Positions 49,351 to 59,217 of a stretch of DNA of 64,000 bases are shown here, piece by piece. The position numbers and the translations under genes were made by a program. Below the pieces are notes generated by a model that was not told the DNA's origin, made no database searches, and worked only from the letters and a program-made list of their open reading frames with translations. This stretch comes from an uncultured virus (IMG/VR IMGVR_UViG_3300023687_000086) (lineage: Duplodnaviria; Heunggongvirae; Uroviricota; Caudoviricetes): IMG/VR virus record IMGVR_UViG_3300023687_000086. One strand, 5' to 3'. The stretch's first letter is position 1; each line of letters starts with the position of its first letter.

Positions 49351-51123
49351 ATGGGTCAAGGTGTACAGGAATCTGGCATGATTGCCCGCGGTACAAGAAC
49401 CGGCGTCGAAATGGTAATACGCCTGGAAGATGTTTTAGCGGCAATGCTCTCCAGCAAAAGTACAAAAGAAGCCAAATTATTCGCTGATTACGTAGAGAAT
49501 GAGCATGGAACGATTCAATATGATATCACAATTCCACGCGCAAAGATTGCGGAATTTGTTACGGAAATGGACGCCAAAAACGTACCATTCATGTTAATCG
49601 ATCCAAGCAAGGGCGCTGCAGTTGGTGGTAGTGAGAATTTTAAGTTCGAAAAAGACGGCGTGACGTATTATGGATCTGAATATGTAGGCGTCATGTATCG
49701 AGGTCCAATCTACAAGTTCGATTTGGACGGTAACGTATTATTGGATAATGAGGGCAAACGTGTGGCCAAGGAAGGTACAGACTTGGATGCTGCAATGATT
49801 CACGAAACCGCATCAAAATTATCCGCTCAGTATCTGGCTGAGATTGGAAAGGAATCGGTAGATCTCGCTCATCAGCTGAATACAACTGAAGCCAACCATA
49901 AATTCGTCGATTCGAAGACCATAAAAATCGAAATGGAAAGTCTTGGTAAGTTGTATATGATGCAGCGACATGCGAACGAGCTTGGTATTGATTCTTACAT
50001 TTCGAAGCTCGAAAGTGGAAAGTATCAATTGGAGGTAAATGCCATTGATGCAGTAAGACTGAATCCAAATGTCCCGAGTCCAGTTGAGCAGCTGGTATTC
50101 GATTCGAAATTCGCATTTAGCGAACGTCGCATCAATGCGTATCTGCAAATCCAGGATCAGGATCGCGAATTCGTTCTTGGTGCAATTAATGATAATCGCA
50201 CCGGTGTACAAAATAAGATTGTTATTTTAGATTTGGATGGCGACGCTTTTGATAAGGATCATTTACCAAAACGTTTTGAATTAGAAAACGGTATCGCTAC
50301 GTTGTATGAAGGTTCTGAGAAGATCGAAAGCTACGATTTACAGGACTTAGATAGTTTTGCTCAATTTGAAACAAAATACCAGGAGTTCCAGCACGTCCAT
50401 CCGATTCCGATGGAACACTTTGAAGCAGCTTTGTCTGATGAAAAGGCTTTAAAAGACTTAGAATTTATGACTAGTGTTAAGCAAAAGGCTGCGTTTGAAT
50501 ACGAATCAATTCGTGATACCGTATTCAATGCATCTAAAATGCTTAGAGACGAAAATCCAGTATTATACTCAGATATCAACCCGACGCTTAAAAGTGATCC
50601 AAGCAAACCTGGTCATCAAATGCTGGAGATGCGCCTGGAAGACTCTGACAAGATCGTATGTGATATGATCGCAACTAAGTCAAATGGTCAAATCAATGCA
50701 GATGAGATGCTTAAGACATTGAAGGAACATGAGAACCGTGAATTGTCATTTGAGGTTACTACTCCATCTCAGTACGTACCTGTTGCACAGTCTGCAAGAT
50801 TGTTACAGTTAGACGCAAGTGAACGTGATCACGTTATTGCTGAAGTTGAACAAGGCGCTCCATTTGAGTCTTACCAGGATGTTCAGGCTTATAAGTTGAC
50901 ACGCGAAGCTGAATATGATCCGGAATTTGCTGCTATGCAAAATGCAATGCAGGATGAGGCAAGAGAGATTGATGCAGCCGTAATGGATCAATACGAGCAA
51001 TCTATTATGAACGGCGATATTTCTGTTCCAGAAATTAATGAACAGATCTGGGGTTCAGAATTTGATAGTTCTGAGTTCGAATCCGATTTTGGTTCAGATT
51101 CTGGAGAGGAACATACCTTATAA
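49351..51123 (+). CDS. Hypothetical acidic protein
   Basis: 590 aa ORF, RBS AAGGAGG, promoter motif at 49304. Confidence 0.8.
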   Translation: MGQGVQESGMIARGTRTGVEMVIRLEDVLAAMLSSKSTKEAKLFADYVENEHGTIQYDITIPRAKIAEFVTEMDAKNVPFMLIDPSKGAAVGGSENFKFEKDGVTYYGSEYVGVMYRGPIYKFDLDGNVLLDNEGKRVAKEGTDLDAAMIHETASKLSAQYLAEIGKESVDLAHQLNTTEANHKFVDSKTIKIEMESLGKLYMMQRHANELGIDSYISKLESGKYQLEVNAIDAVRLNPNVPSPVEQLVFDSKFAFSERRINAYLQIQDQDREFVLGAINDNRTGVQNKIVILDLDGDAFDKDHLPKRFELENGIATLYEGSEKIESYDLQDLDSFAQFETKYQEFQHVHPIPMEHFEAALSDEKALKDLEFMTSVKQKAAFEYESIRDTVFNASKMLRDENPVLYSDINPTLKSDPSKPGHQMLEMRLEDSDKIVCDMIATKSNGQINADEMLKTLKEHENRELSFEVTTPSQYVPVAQSARLLQLDASERDHVIAEVEQGAPFESYQDVQAYKLTREAEYDPEFAAMQNAMQDEAREIDAAVMDQYEQSIMNGDISVPEINEQIWGSEFDSSEFESDFGSDSGEEHTL

Positions 51124-51207
51124 TCTTTTAAAGAGGCACTATTATAGTGCTTCTTTTTTTTGTTTTTAAATTTCAGCCTCAATAGATTCTAAAGAAAAAG
51201 AGCTTAT

Positions 51208-51792
51208 TTAAGGCTCTTCTTTTTGGGTTGCGTTCTTTTTTCGATTCTTTATTAATTCTCCCAGGTAATCCGTTCGCTCCAATATAGAACTGCGTGGCCG
51301 CTGTTCTTTTAATATTTGGTCCAACCTGGTTCTATCCAAGTTACTCCTCTTCTTCGTCCCCTTTTCCTTTTGTCCCTCGTTTGTTGGCTCCTCAGTACTT
51401 CTTGATTCAAGAGTAAACTCGGCCGGCAGATATGGAAGGTCAAATAATAGAACTATCATATACTTGATATAATTTGGGCACTCTCTTTGCCCGCTCTTCC
51501 AGTTCTCAATTGTACGTTTCGGAATACACAGCCGGTTTGACAGATCCGAATTCTGGATTCCTATATCATTCATCAATTCTGCAACGGATTTATGGGCCAT
51601 TGCATAAATCGACTTAAGCAGGTCGTAATATTGGCTCTGGTTAACCTTCAGTAAAAGTAACTCCTTATAAGCACTCGATTTCATCGTGTCTCTATAATAC
51701 GCATCGAATGATTTTGCACCAACAGCTTTTGTCCATAGAGTATGATGCAGTTTGTCGTTCAAATAGATTATATCTGTCTCCATGTGAAACAT
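51208..51792 (-). CDS. XRE/Cro-like HTH protein
   Basis: LSNRLCIPKRTIENWKSGQRECPNY. Confidence 0.7.
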   Translation of the reverse strand: MFHMETDIIYLNDKLHHTLWTKAVGAKSFDAYYRDTMKSSAYKELLLLKVNQSQYYDLLKSIYAMAHKSVAELMNDIGIQNSDLSNRLCIPKRTIENWKSGQRECPNYIKYMIVLLFDLPYLPAEFTLESRSTEEPTNEGQKEKGTKKRSNLDRTRLDQILKEQRPRSSILERTDYLGELIKNRKKNATQKEEP

Positions 51793-51959
51793 CCCCCGTG
51801 AAACAATGAAACATCAAACCACCACCCAATGGGTGGTGCTCTTTTCAATTCAACCATACCACAATCCAACTTTTCGCACAACAAAAACGCTGTAAATACA
51901 AGGGCTTCCGGATGCTCGTATTATTGAAAAACCATCCCGGGGAATGATTTTTCTTGGAA

Positions 51960-52560
51960 CAATATATTCGTTCGTATTATTAGTACCGTAAATATCGCAA
52001 ATATTATCCATACTATAAATATTGTAAGTATGCTAACTACTACCCTCTCATCTTACATTCAATTTTCGATGATGCTAGGCCTTGATTTTACGGGCATTTC
52101 CTTTTGGTGGCATTTTAACGAACCAAGTCGAACATTCCCCCGCATCGACGTGTTTGTTCGAATACTCGGAAATAAAAGCACGTTCTATACTATAAATACT
52201 GTAGATACTTGAAGTATTTGTAGTATTTATAGTATTGTTCATATTTAATGTATTAATAATACGCAAAATACTATTGACACAGATGTCAAAAACCCTCATA
52301 ATCGTTCTTGTAATACTTACAGTATCGTAAATACCACAAATACTATAAATATTATTGATATTACAAGTACTATTTATATTATACGTCTCACAAATATTGT
52401 CATCCCTATAAATATTAGTCATCTCATAGGTATCACAAATAATATAGGTAGTACAAATATTAATAATATTTTAAGTACAAAAGATATGCTACGTATTGTA
52501 AATATCATACATATTATAAATACTGTAATTACTATAAATATTAATAAGACTATAAATAAA
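51960..52560. repeat. Degenerate 9-bp repeat tract (putative centromere)
   Basis: ACTATAAAT at 52012, 52189, 52342, 52531 and 52549 plus many variants; abuts parA. Confidence 0.65.
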
Positions 52561-52568
52561 GGAGAGGG

Positions 52569-53366
52569 ATGGAAATGCCTGTAATTTTTACAATCGCAAA
52601 TCAAAAGGGTGGAGTCGGAAAGACAATGACTGCAAAGGAGTTGGCCTACGTTTGGAGTACGCAAGGTAAAAAGGTATTAGCAATTGATGCAGATCCACAG
52701 TTAGGACTTACTCTTCGTACCAATGTTGAAGAGAATAAGAAGATGACTCTTAAAGCAGCCTTGGAGGGATATATCATGGCGGAGGATGCTATTGAATCCA
52801 CCGGAAGCTACGATATCTTAAGAGGAGATAAGCGCCTTCGAAATGCATCTACCGATTTTAATCTTACTGAGGATAAGACTGCATTAAAGGAAATCCTAGA
52901 AGAGCTTGATTATGACATCATTATCATTGACGGGGCGCCTGGAGACTCGATCCTATATGATATGAGCTATATCGCTAGTAACTATATCATCGCACCAGTA
53001 GACGCTTCACCGGAGGCAGTAGCAGGCCTTGCAGAAATGTACAATGTTATTACCAAGTACAAAGAAGAGGGTATAACGAACGTAAAGATTCTTGGAACGC
53101 TAATGTGCCGCGTTAAGATGGCATTTGGTCACCCAAGTTCCTTATATATCGACCGATACAACGAATTGTCTACGTATATTAAAGATTTGATTGGAGCAGC
53201 TCCATTCGAAACTTATATCCGCGATACAGATAATTGCGGTAACGCTTCAGGCGTACAGATGGCGGTAAATGAATACAACCCAGATTGCAATGCTGCACAG
53301 GATTATTTGGCACTAGCTGAAGAGATTTTAAACCGGATCAAATACTTAGATGGCGTGGAGGTATAA
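52569..53366 (+). CDS. parA: ParA/Soj partition ATPase
   Basis: ANQKGGVGKT, AIDADPQ, IIIDGAP. Confidence 0.93.
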   Translation: MEMPVIFTIANQKGGVGKTMTAKELAYVWSTQGKKVLAIDADPQLGLTLRTNVEENKKMTLKAALEGYIMAEDAIESTGSYDILRGDKRLRNASTDFNLTEDKTALKEILEELDYDIIIIDGAPGDSILYDMSYIASNYIIAPVDASPEAVAGLAEMYNVITKYKEEGITNVKILGTLMCRVKMAFGHPSSLYIDRYNELSTYIKDLIGAAPFETYIRDTDNCGNASGVQMAVNEYNPDCNAAQDYLALAEEILNRIKYLDGVEV

Positions 53367-53368
53367 TT

Positions 53369-54091
53369 ATGAACGACTTTAAAGTATTATCTGCAGCAGA
53401 GATTGCTGAACTTTCGTCGGCGGATAGAAGAATTTATATGCGTAAGCTTAAGGAATATAACAATCAAAAGCACGTATCTTCAGTTCTAACTTCGCAGCCG
53501 ACAAGAGAAAATGAAGAGCAGCCTTTTGGGACCGAGCCAATTCACTCGAGAGAAGTAGTTTCAAGTTTTATATCAGCAGAAGAGCCGGTAACTAAGGTCC
53601 ATACTGAAGAAGAACATACCATTAACAGCACCAATACTATAAATGCTATAAATAGTAGCAATACTGTAAATACCAACGTGGAATCGATGCAGGCGGCATC
53701 AGTTACTCCGAAGGTGGAGCAACAGCCAACAATGCGGCCAGCAGAAAAGAAACCAAAGATAACGAATGATAAATCGCTGTTTTCATCTATTTGTTTCGAA
53801 ACAACATTTGAGCGAGCAGATTACATTCGACGCATGTCATTCCGGAACCACTTAACGAAGGAAGAAATGTACGCAGCATTATTTGAAGACACAATGAGCC
53901 TGGAAATTGATTTTAAGGATCCGTTATATCGGTCACTAACGGAACGGTCCAAAAAGGATACGAAGATCACGACCAGGTTGAACAAAGACCTGCTTCAGAG
54001 GATGAGAGATCGAGCAGCTGATAATTATATGAATATTGGTGCATATATCAACTACGTAATCCAAAAGCACATGGAAGAGCACGATAATTAG
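53369..54091 (+). CDS. Putative centromere-binding protein (C-terminal RHH-like)
   Basis: Follows parA; disordered middle; KITTRLNKDLLQRMRDRA...IGAYINYVI. Confidence 0.6.
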   Translation: MNDFKVLSAAEIAELSSADRRIYMRKLKEYNNQKHVSSVLTSQPTRENEEQPFGTEPIHSREVVSSFISAEEPVTKVHTEEEHTINSTNTINAINSSNTVNTNVESMQAASVTPKVEQQPTMRPAEKKPKITNDKSLFSSICFETTFERADYIRRMSFRNHLTKEEMYAALFEDTMSLEIDFKDPLYRSLTERSKKDTKITTRLNKDLLQRMRDRAADNYMNIGAYINYVIQKHMEEHDN

Positions 54092-54099
54092 GAGGGACA

Positions 54100-54522
54100 A
54101 TGAATAAGGTAATTATGATGGGCCGATTAACACGCGACCCGGAAACGAGATACTCTAAGAATGGATCAGCTGTGGCTAGATATACTCTAGCAGTAGACCG
54201 ACGATTCAAAAGGGATGGCCAAAAGGATGCGGACTTCTTTAATTGTGTATCGTTTGGAAAACAGGCAGAATTCGTAGAGAAGTATCTAAAGAAAGGTTCT
54301 AAGATATTAATCGAAGGCGAGCTTCAAAATGATAATTATACGGATAAAGAAGGCCAGCAGGTACGACGAGATGTAATAATTGTGAGTCAGGTAGAATTTG
54401 CAGAAAGTAAAGGTTCACAAGCTGCAGGTTCAACCCCTATGACACAACCATTTCCGAATCCGGCACCGGACAATGGATTCTTAGATATTCCTGATGACAT
54501 CGAAGGTTTTCCATTTGCATAG
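54100..54522 (+). CDS. ssb: Single-stranded DNA-binding protein
   Basis: MNKVIMMGRLTRDPE; acidic tail ending GFPFA. Confidence 0.95.
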   Translation: MNKVIMMGRLTRDPETRYSKNGSAVARYTLAVDRRFKRDGQKDADFFNCVSFGKQAEFVEKYLKKGSKILIEGELQNDNYTDKEGQQVRRDVIIVSQVEFAESKGSQAAGSTPMTQPFPNPAPDNGFLDIPDDIEGFPFA

Positions 54523-54665
54523 TACAAAAAAGAACTTGGATATTATTCCAGGTTCTTTTTTTTTGATACACACATATATGAAAAGATACGCAACAACAAA
54601 AAGAATTGATTGTTTAGTTGTAGAATGCAAAAACCGCATAAAATCGCAATTTTAGTGACTGAACG

Positions 54666-55112
54666 CTTGTGAATATGGTTGTTTATAATGGTGATTTTGG
54701 TTATGCGCTATGGAGTGTTTGGTCTCTTCTGATGGAGTATTTGGTGCTTCATAGTACCAGATTTTCTGTACTTAGATACCAAAATTTCTGGAGTTTGCTT
54801 TTTGCCGGCGATGGTACGGTATAAATGGTGTTTTATCCGTTGGAAGTGGTATTTTTGGTGTTTTCTTTAAAAGGATGGAAATTTTGTTACCATTATCTCC
54901 AACAATACAACCAAAAACACTATAGATAACACCATATTTACGGCAAATAATACCAAAAACACGTTAAATAGTACCAAAGACACATAGTTCTATGAAATTT
55001 AGTTACCATTTTAGCTGCAAAGACCACCAAAAACACAATTACAAGCACCATATTCTCGGTTGCAATTACCAAATACACCATACTTAGAGACGTAACGATG
55101 GAGTGTTTGGTT
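54666..55112. repeat. Iteron array of Rep 1
   Basis: ATGGWGWDTTTGGT-like units at 54666/688/710/732 (22-bp period); inverted ACCA units at 54889/910/931/952/973 and 55005/026/047/068 (21-bp period). Confidence 0.75.
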
Positions 55113-55168
55113 GCACCTTTTTTGACTTTCTGTATAATGAAACTAGGTTAGTGCAAAAGGAGGTAAAT

Positions 55169-56569
55169 ATGGCTGCTTCTTCTGACTTTCAACAGATGTC
55201 TGTAAAAAAGTCGAATCAATTTGTATCTAGTTATTCGCAGAAAACTGTTACGGAGAGTATTTTAGTTCTTGCTGCGATTGGACGCATCCAGGAGAAAGAA
55301 GTTTTAAATGATGATCCTGAGCTTGTGGCGGAACTTTACCCAAGCGAGTTAAAACAGATTGTTTCTGACAAGAATCACATATATAGAGAACTCAAAAGCG
55401 CCACATCATCTTTGATGAAAAATAGCGCAATTATGATCTTCGATGATAAGAAAAAGGAGTTCCACGCGATTCATATGATCCGCAAGGCTGATTATGAAAA
55501 CAGTATATTCAAAGTCACTTTTGAATCGGAGCTAAAACCTCACATCTTAGCACTAGAAAAGAATTACACGACGCTGCAGCTGTCCATCATGTCATCATTT
55601 CGTTCGATTGGATCGTTTCGGTTATATGAGGTCTTTTCTGCGGAACGTGGCTTGGAGTTATCAGCCAGGTCTAAAAAGGGAATTAAAAATGATTCTGGTG
55701 AAGTTGTGCGTGAATATAATATTTCGCAGCTTAAATTTATGCTTGGCTACGCAGATGCTACGGATCGAAAATGTGCAGAACTAATAAAGAATGCGACGTC
55801 CGACGCCGATTGGGATACGGCATATGATATGCTGGATAAAAAAAGCAAAAAATACAAAGTCTACAATGACTTTATAAAAAACGTGATTGAGGTCGCAAAA
55901 GAAGAGCTTCGAGAAAAGTCGGACATTCGATTCGAATATACGCCGATAAAAATAGGACGAAGTTACAAACGCATTCGTTTTTACACATACCCTAACGTCC
56001 CGGAGAATCCTAAGATTATCGATGAACGCGCGGATTATATCCAAAAAACGTTCCGGATGAATGATGATCAGTTGGAGATTCCATATGATCTGGAAGAGTA
56101 TGCAGATCTATTTGATGTATATGTGGGACACAATGGCTTAGCAGCTGAGGATATCAAAATCTTCCTTGATGAGTGCGGCGGCGACAAGGAACTGGTAAAA
56201 CGTTCCATTATATTAGCAGATGAGCAGGAGAACCTCCATAATTACGTTGGATGGATCCGGGCCTGCGTGAAAAACGGCGGATACGAATCAATTCATACAC
56301 TTGATGGTTCCAAGAGCCGGGCAGAGCGTGTTGAACAAATTGTGGATATGCATAGAAACCTTCCGGAAAATGCTTCTTTCCAGGAACGGCTATGGTCCAG
56401 AAAGCCGGACGATGATAAGTATTTCTTATTTAAGGGCTATTTAGATGAGCATGGTATTGAGTTATCGGATTTCGAGCTCGCGTATAACGTCGATGAGAGG
56501 CTCATTATATACAAAGCAATTATTAATGGCGAAAACAGCATATTAGAACGATACGGATTACCGGTATAA
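55169..56569 (+). CDS. Rep_3-family replication initiator
   Basis: VKKSNQFV, LKPHILALEKNYT, SFRLYE, VIEVAKEELREKSDI; RBS AGGAGG. Confidence 0.85.
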   Translation: MAASSDFQQMSVKKSNQFVSSYSQKTVTESILVLAAIGRIQEKEVLNDDPELVAELYPSELKQIVSDKNHIYRELKSATSSLMKNSAIMIFDDKKKEFHAIHMIRKADYENSIFKVTFESELKPHILALEKNYTTLQLSIMSSFRSIGSFRLYEVFSAERGLELSARSKKGIKNDSGEVVREYNISQLKFMLGYADATDRKCAELIKNATSDADWDTAYDMLDKKSKKYKVYNDFIKNVIEVAKEELREKSDIRFEYTPIKIGRSYKRIRFYTYPNVPENPKIIDERADYIQKTFRMNDDQLEIPYDLEEYADLFDVYVGHNGLAAEDIKIFLDECGGDKELVKRSIILADEQENLHNYVGWIRACVKNGGYESIHTLDGSKSRAERVEQIVDMHRNLPENASFQERLWSRKPDDDKYFLFKGYLDEHGIELSDFELAYNVDERLIIYKAIINGENSILERYGLPV

Positions 56570-56584
56570 AAAGAAAGAGCTCAA

Positions 56585-56935
56585 TTAAGAGCTCTTCTTT
56601 TGGTTTTGGAACTGAATCTGATCTTTACGATTCGAAACAAATGGGATAATTTCTCCTGGCTTGTCTTCAAAGTAATCACAAATAAGGTCAATGCCTTCTA
56701 TAACATAGGTGGCAATAAACATTCCTCCGCATACAGATAGCACATCGAACGAATAAAACATAAACTTATCTGTTACCGGATAAAACAGTTCCATAATTGG
56801 GAAGAATAACGCTCCAACGATAGAGATAGACTTAAACACCGGACCATCAAACGACAAATGAAACTCAGACAATACAGCCTCCCATGCTGAAAACACAACA
56901 ATTAAATTGATGACTAATAAAAACAGATTTCCCAT
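56585..56935 (-). CDS. Small membrane protein
   Basis: Three hydrophobic segments; RBS; promoter motif at 56974. Confidence 0.65.
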   Translation of the reverse strand: MGNLFLLVINLIVVFSAWEAVLSEFHLSFDGPVFKSISIVGALFFPIMELFYPVTDKFMFYSFDVLSVCGGMFIATYVIEGIDLICDYFEDKPGEIIPFVSNRKDQIQFQNQKKSS

Positions 56936-57022
56936 ATTCTAGCTCCTTTCATGGTAAGTCAATGTGTTCTGAGTTAAATATGGGAGCAATCTCTTAAGAG
57001 ACAAAAAAAAAGAAGCCTTAAA

Positions 57023-58345
57023 CTAGGCCTCTTTTCTTCGATTCAATAATTTTCGCTCCAGGTCGTCGTAATCATAGTCACGTTCCTGGAAATTATGAAA
57101 TTTATTTTTTGCTGCGGATTTAACCGGGGCATCCTTTTGGACATATTCAAATTCGCCAGATTCCAATTTATACTTAAGCAATGCGAATTTCGATCTTGGT
57201 TTCTTCATGGCGTTGATATTCATAATAGAACGCATAACCTCCATCATGGTTCTATTATTTGATTCGTACACTGTAATAATAGTACGAATTTCTGGAAGCG
57301 TTAATCCAAAATCCTTAAGTAGATCTACTAAATCTTTATGGGTAATGAATGGGTCTACCTCTATTGGATCCTTCTCTTGTTTAGGTTGCTCCGGTCTTTT
57401 CTCTACTTTCTTTTGTTTTGTGATATCAACGAACCGGAATAAAAATCCGCTTGTACTCCTACCGGATTTCTTCTTTTCATATGTAAAGGTAACATCAATA
57501 TTTGGAACCGCATCGATGTCACGTTTGGCCTTATCTAATAGACGCGTAATATCCGGAACACGATACTTGGAAGTATATCCTAGGTACAGCTGCAGTTCCT
57601 CAAGACTAATTTCCACAATACCAGGCGTCGCGGTAGGATAAGCCTTATAATTTTTGAACGTTTCCGCAACATAAAACATGTTCCTGCTATATTCGGACGA
57701 AAGCTTTGATAACCATGTTGTAGAATAATAAGCTCCGTGCAATAGGCCGGCAGCCTTAACAAAGGCTTCGAAGTACGGAGTAGGCCGGAACTTAAAAGTA
57801 TGGTTTTTAATGGATGTGCTGCCATTTGGAATGAATTCATCGAGGATCATAAACCAAGGAATCCGGAAAATATGCATACCGTCAGCAGTTGAAATGTTAA
57901 GTTCCATCAATACCTTTTCTTTTAATAGCGGCAATGCCTTTTTTAAAACCTGGTAACCATTGTTGCTACCCTTCGCATATCCAAGACGTTCGTCTAATTC
58001 TCGAATCGGAATTTCATAGACCTTTAGATCTGGGTACGTAGACATCTCGGCCAACAGGACGTCCATAATGTTATTTTCGTAAATTGTGTAATTCGGCCTG
58101 GAACGTAAAAATAATACCTCCGGACGATAAGCAATACTAGAACCACCTTTCTTATTAGGGTTTAGGTTGTTTTGAGAAGAACATATATATTGAACCGCAT
58201 CTTGTGGTCGTTCACAAATCAATTGAATGAAGTCATTGGAACTAAGTTTTTTCTGCGGAGCCTTTGGCTCTTCTATTATTTCATCAACGACGGCGCCACT
58301 TGGCATTAATACCATCTGGCCGTCTAAGTTTTTGTCGTAATTCAT
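57023..58345 (-). CDS. Second Rep_3-like replication initiator
   Basis: LSSEYSRNMF, ISLEELQLYLG, LLDKAKRDI; C-terminal KNKFHNFQERDYDYDDLERKLL. Confidence 0.75.
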   Translation of the reverse strand: MNYDKNLDGQMVLMPSGAVVDEIIEEPKAPQKKLSSNDFIQLICERPQDAVQYICSSQNNLNPNKKGGSSIAYRPEVLFLRSRPNYTIYENNIMDVLLAEMSTYPDLKVYEIPIRELDERLGYAKGSNNGYQVLKKALPLLKEKVLMELNISTADGMHIFRIPWFMILDEFIPNGSTSIKNHTFKFRPTPYFEAFVKAAGLLHGAYYSTTWLSKLSSEYSRNMFYVAETFKNYKAYPTATPGIVEISLEELQLYLGYTSKYRVPDITRLLDKAKRDIDAVPNIDVTFTYEKKKSGRSTSGFLFRFVDITKQKKVEKRPEQPKQEKDPIEVDPFITHKDLVDLLKDFGLTLPEIRTIITVYESNNRTMMEVMRSIMNINAMKKPRSKFALLKYKLESGEFEYVQKDAPVKSAAKNKFHNFQERDYDYDDLERKLLNRRKEA

Positions 58346-58432
58346 AAAACGAATTTCTCCTTGCCGACAAAACGCCGGCGATACACACACATCATTTCAA
58401 TGCACAAAGAGTCATCACACCAAAACGACCCT

Positions 58433-58640
58433 TGTGAGATTCATCACACTACACTCAATTCACATTTATAAGTGAATTATCTTGAAAGCCCATAAATAGG
58501 GCGGTTTGAAAACACAACGTGGTAAACATAAACCAACATTGTGAGACCTATCACATTTTGTGTAAGTTATCACGAGCTTGTGTGAAGGCCATCACAAACG
58601 GTTGTTGAATCAATCACCTTCGTTTGTGAGACCCATCACA
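58433..58640. repeat. Iteron array of Rep 2 (TGTGA-N6-TCACA)
   Basis: Perfect copies at 58433, 58540, 58581 and 58625; variants at 58559 and 58603; 22-bp phasing. Confidence 0.8.
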
Positions 58641-58738
58641 CCAAAAATACAATAAATGCAGTAAGAATGCATATCAGGGAGGTTGTTCCTTTACCTATGA
58701 CTATACAACTATCTACTTTTATTATACTTCCCCGTTAA

Positions 58739-58909
58739 CTAGGCCAGAATGGTTAACTCATAACCTGTTCTAAAATACCATACACGCTTCTTTAACGTTC
58801 TCTCGAACTTATACGGTATTCCATGAGTTGGACGAGCATCCTCAAGAAGATCGTGATCCTTCATCAAGAATGGAATAACTTCTTTTGCCTGTCGTTCTTT
58901 TTGTGTCAT
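58739..58909 (-). CDS. Small hypothetical protein
   Basis: RBS GAAAGGAG; TTGCCT-N16-TATAAT upstream. Confidence 0.5.
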   Translation of the reverse strand: MTQKERQAKEVIPFLMKDHDLLEDARPTHGIPYKFERTLKKRVWYFRTGYELTILA

Positions 58910-59110
58910 GACGTTTCTCCTTTCATGCTTTTCGCTTGTTATTATTTTCACGTTTTACACACGATTATTAATTATAGTCACCCCTCCCAAAAAGGCAAGA
59001 GCGTTTTTACGATTTGGGAAGAAAATGCAAATTTAGGATTTTTTCATAACACAGCGTTAAAAACTATACAGTTGTATACAAACTTAACTAGACCGATAGA
59101 AATATGCGCG

Positions 59111-59189
59111 TTTTGTCACAATTTGCCGGCCAATGATACGTATTTAAAATATCGTTTGTTTTGTTTCCAAAACCAGATTTCATATTTAA
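59111..59189 (+). promoter_or_regulatory. Tandem class-2 (59111-59144) and class-1 (59181-59189) motifs before the sigma gene
   Basis: Both motifs exact. Confidence 0.78.
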
Positions 59190-59217
59190 AGCATCATTAA
59201 GAAAGGATGGTACACGT

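Noticed and set aside
52075..52664. ORFs of 115 and 81 aa on the - strand
   Set aside because: Ile/Asn-periodic translations of the 9-bp repeat tract
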